Shown: positions 62,116-64,000 of the stretch, in pieces | Layout: each line of letters opens with the position of its first letter | Position numbering within the stretch: the stretch's first letter is position 1 | Assembly: GCF_963921235.1 (NCBI RefSeq) | Contig: NC_086098.1 | Span: forward strand, 4,774,001-4,838,000 | Source of the DNA: Mobula hypostoma | Taxonomy: Eukaryota | Direction of reading: 5' to 3' | DNA: 64,000 bases | The notes under the pieces: generated by a model | What the model saw: only the letters and a program-made list of their open reading frames with translations | Told to the model about the DNA's origin: nothing | Database searches by the model: none | Position numbers and translations under genes: made by a program

Positions 62116-62960
62116 ACACGGGACATTGATAGGATGCAAAACTGGGCTGAGAAGTGGCAGATGGAGTTCAGCTCAGATAAGTGTGAGGTGATTCATTTTG
62201 GTAGGTCAAATATGATGGCAGAATATAATATTAATGGTAAGACTCTTGGCAGTGTGGAGGATCAGAGGGATCTTGGGGTCCGAGTCCATAGGACACTCAA
62301 AGCTGCTGTGCAGGTTGACTCTGTGGTTAAGAAGGCATACAGTACATTGGCCTTCATCAATCGTGGATTGAGTTTAGGAGCCGAGAGGTAATGTTGTAGC
62401 TATATAGCACCCTGGTCAGACTCCAGTTGGAGTACTGTGCTCAGTTCTGGTCGCCTCACTACAGGAAGGATGTGGAAACCATAGAAAGGGTGCAGAGGAG
62501 ATTTACAAGGATGTTGCCTGGATTGGGGAGCATGCCTTAAGAAAACAGGTTGAGTGAACTTGGCCTTTTCTCCTTGGAGCGACCGAGGATGATAGGTGAC
62601 CTGACAGAGGTGTATAAGATGATGAGAGGCATTGATTGTGTGGATAGTCAGAGGCTTTTTCCCAGGGCTGAAATGGTTGCCACAAGAGGACACAGATTTA
62701 AGGTGCTGGGGAGTAGGTACAGAGGAGATGTCAGGGGTAAATTTTTTACTCAGAGTGTGGTGAGTGTGTGGAATGGGCTGCCAGCAACGGTGGTGGAGGT
62801 GGATACGATAGGGTCTTTTAAGAGACTTTTGGATAGGTACATGGAGCTCAGAAAAGTAGAGGGCTATGGGTAACCCTAGTAATTTCTAAGGTAAGGACAT
62901 GTTCGGCACAACTCTGTGGGCCGAAGGGCCTGTATTGTGCTGCAGGTTTTCTATGTTTCT
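62115..62960 (+). mobile_element. CR1 (subfamily A) 3' part
   Basis: WAEKWQMEF…DLGVRVH; TTTCTATG tail. Confidence 0.88.
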
Positions 62961-62964
62961 ATAA

Positions 62965-63671
62965 TGATGTTGTTGAATATAAGCTGAGACGGGGTGTATC
63001 TTGAGTGGGTAGCAAACATCTTTTCCCCAGGACAGCAATAGCGAAGGTGATTGAGGGAAAGCAGAGTCATAGGGTCATAGAAAAGTACAGCATAATGATA
63101 AGAGTAGAGGGATAGGTAAATATGGATATAAACTAAGCACAATGATTAGCTAATGATCAATACTGTCACTGGGCAGGTCAGAAAGAAACCCTACCCAGCA
63201 ACAGGTGACGTACTAGATATTGTTCTCTGAAAATGCCAGAATATCTCAAGGTATAACTAAATATGGGAAGGATAGCATAGGAGACAGAACGTTCGAGGGA
63301 ACGGGGAAGGTGTCAATATAAGGAACTGATGTTGTATCCAGGCTAGCTTTGGCAGAAAATAATTATAACTAACCAATGATGATTTTACAGCTAATAGTGT
63401 ATTAGCATATGATTGAAACTATTAACATGGGATCGAAACTATTCTAAAACCGTCTTAACTTGCGTAATGTAAGATTTCCTGCCTGCGTGATTATAAATTG
63501 TGAAGGATTGTGATTCCGGGGAGGGTAGTGCCCAGACTGGCTCTTTGGGAGATCAGTCTGCAACTTCCCCCATAGCATGCTATGAATAAAGAGTAAAGTT
63601 TGATAAAATATTGCTTGGTTTATTGTGTTCGTGGTATTTGCGCTCTTGCATTGGGTCGTTCCGCCATGACA
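62965..63671 (+). mobile_element. Possible solo LTR
   Basis: TG…GACA ends, TATAAA at about 63492 and AATAAA at about 63585. No clean TSD seen. Confidence 0.35.
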
Positions 63672-64000
63672 ATAGAAACAGGCCCTTTGGCCCATCTAGT
63701 CCATGCCAAGCCATTTACAAATATGCCATAATGGTCATGTCAGTGGTAGTAATTTTTTTACAGATCGATGTATGCATGGAACAAACTACAAGCGTGGTGG
63801 TAGAGGTAGGAACATTAGGGACCTTTAAGAGATTCTTACAAAGGTATATAGATGAAAGAAAAATGGAGGGCTGTACAGGAGGGAGGGGTGCAGAGTTTGT
63901 ATGTTCTATGAGGATTAAAGGCAAATTGAATAGGAATAAGGAACCTTGGTTCTCAAGGGATATTGCAACTCTGATAAAGAAAGAGGGAGTTGTATGAAAT

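Overview
Repeat-dense vertebrate genomic DNA. The mix of CR1, Penelope-like, Rex/L2, RTE and V-SINE/HE1-type repeats suggests a cartilaginous fish, probably a ray; this is inference. Two host genes lie on the minus strand. UFL1 contributes its last two coding exons (60681-60861, 56394-56615), and about 48 kb downstream an FHL-family LIM gene contributes its first two coding exons (7808-7963, 4689-4863). The LIM gene is called FHL5 from sequence plus the UFL1-FHL5 neighbourhood known from mammals. Almost all other long ORFs are fragments of nested retrotransposons (CR1, Rex/L2-like, RTE, Nimb/I, Penelope) or DNA transposons (mariner, Tc1, Tigger, hAT). The most notable observations are: a frame-preserving duplicate of the UFL1 terminal exon; minimal hammerhead-ribozyme motifs in Penelope-derived repeats; an exact-length 32-nt foreign block in a young CR1; a 5'-inverted RTE; a long foldback inside a Tigger; and SINE-like elements sharing internal modules. 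I found no clearly new multi-gene system. Repeat boundaries are approximate unless a TSD or TIR is quoted.
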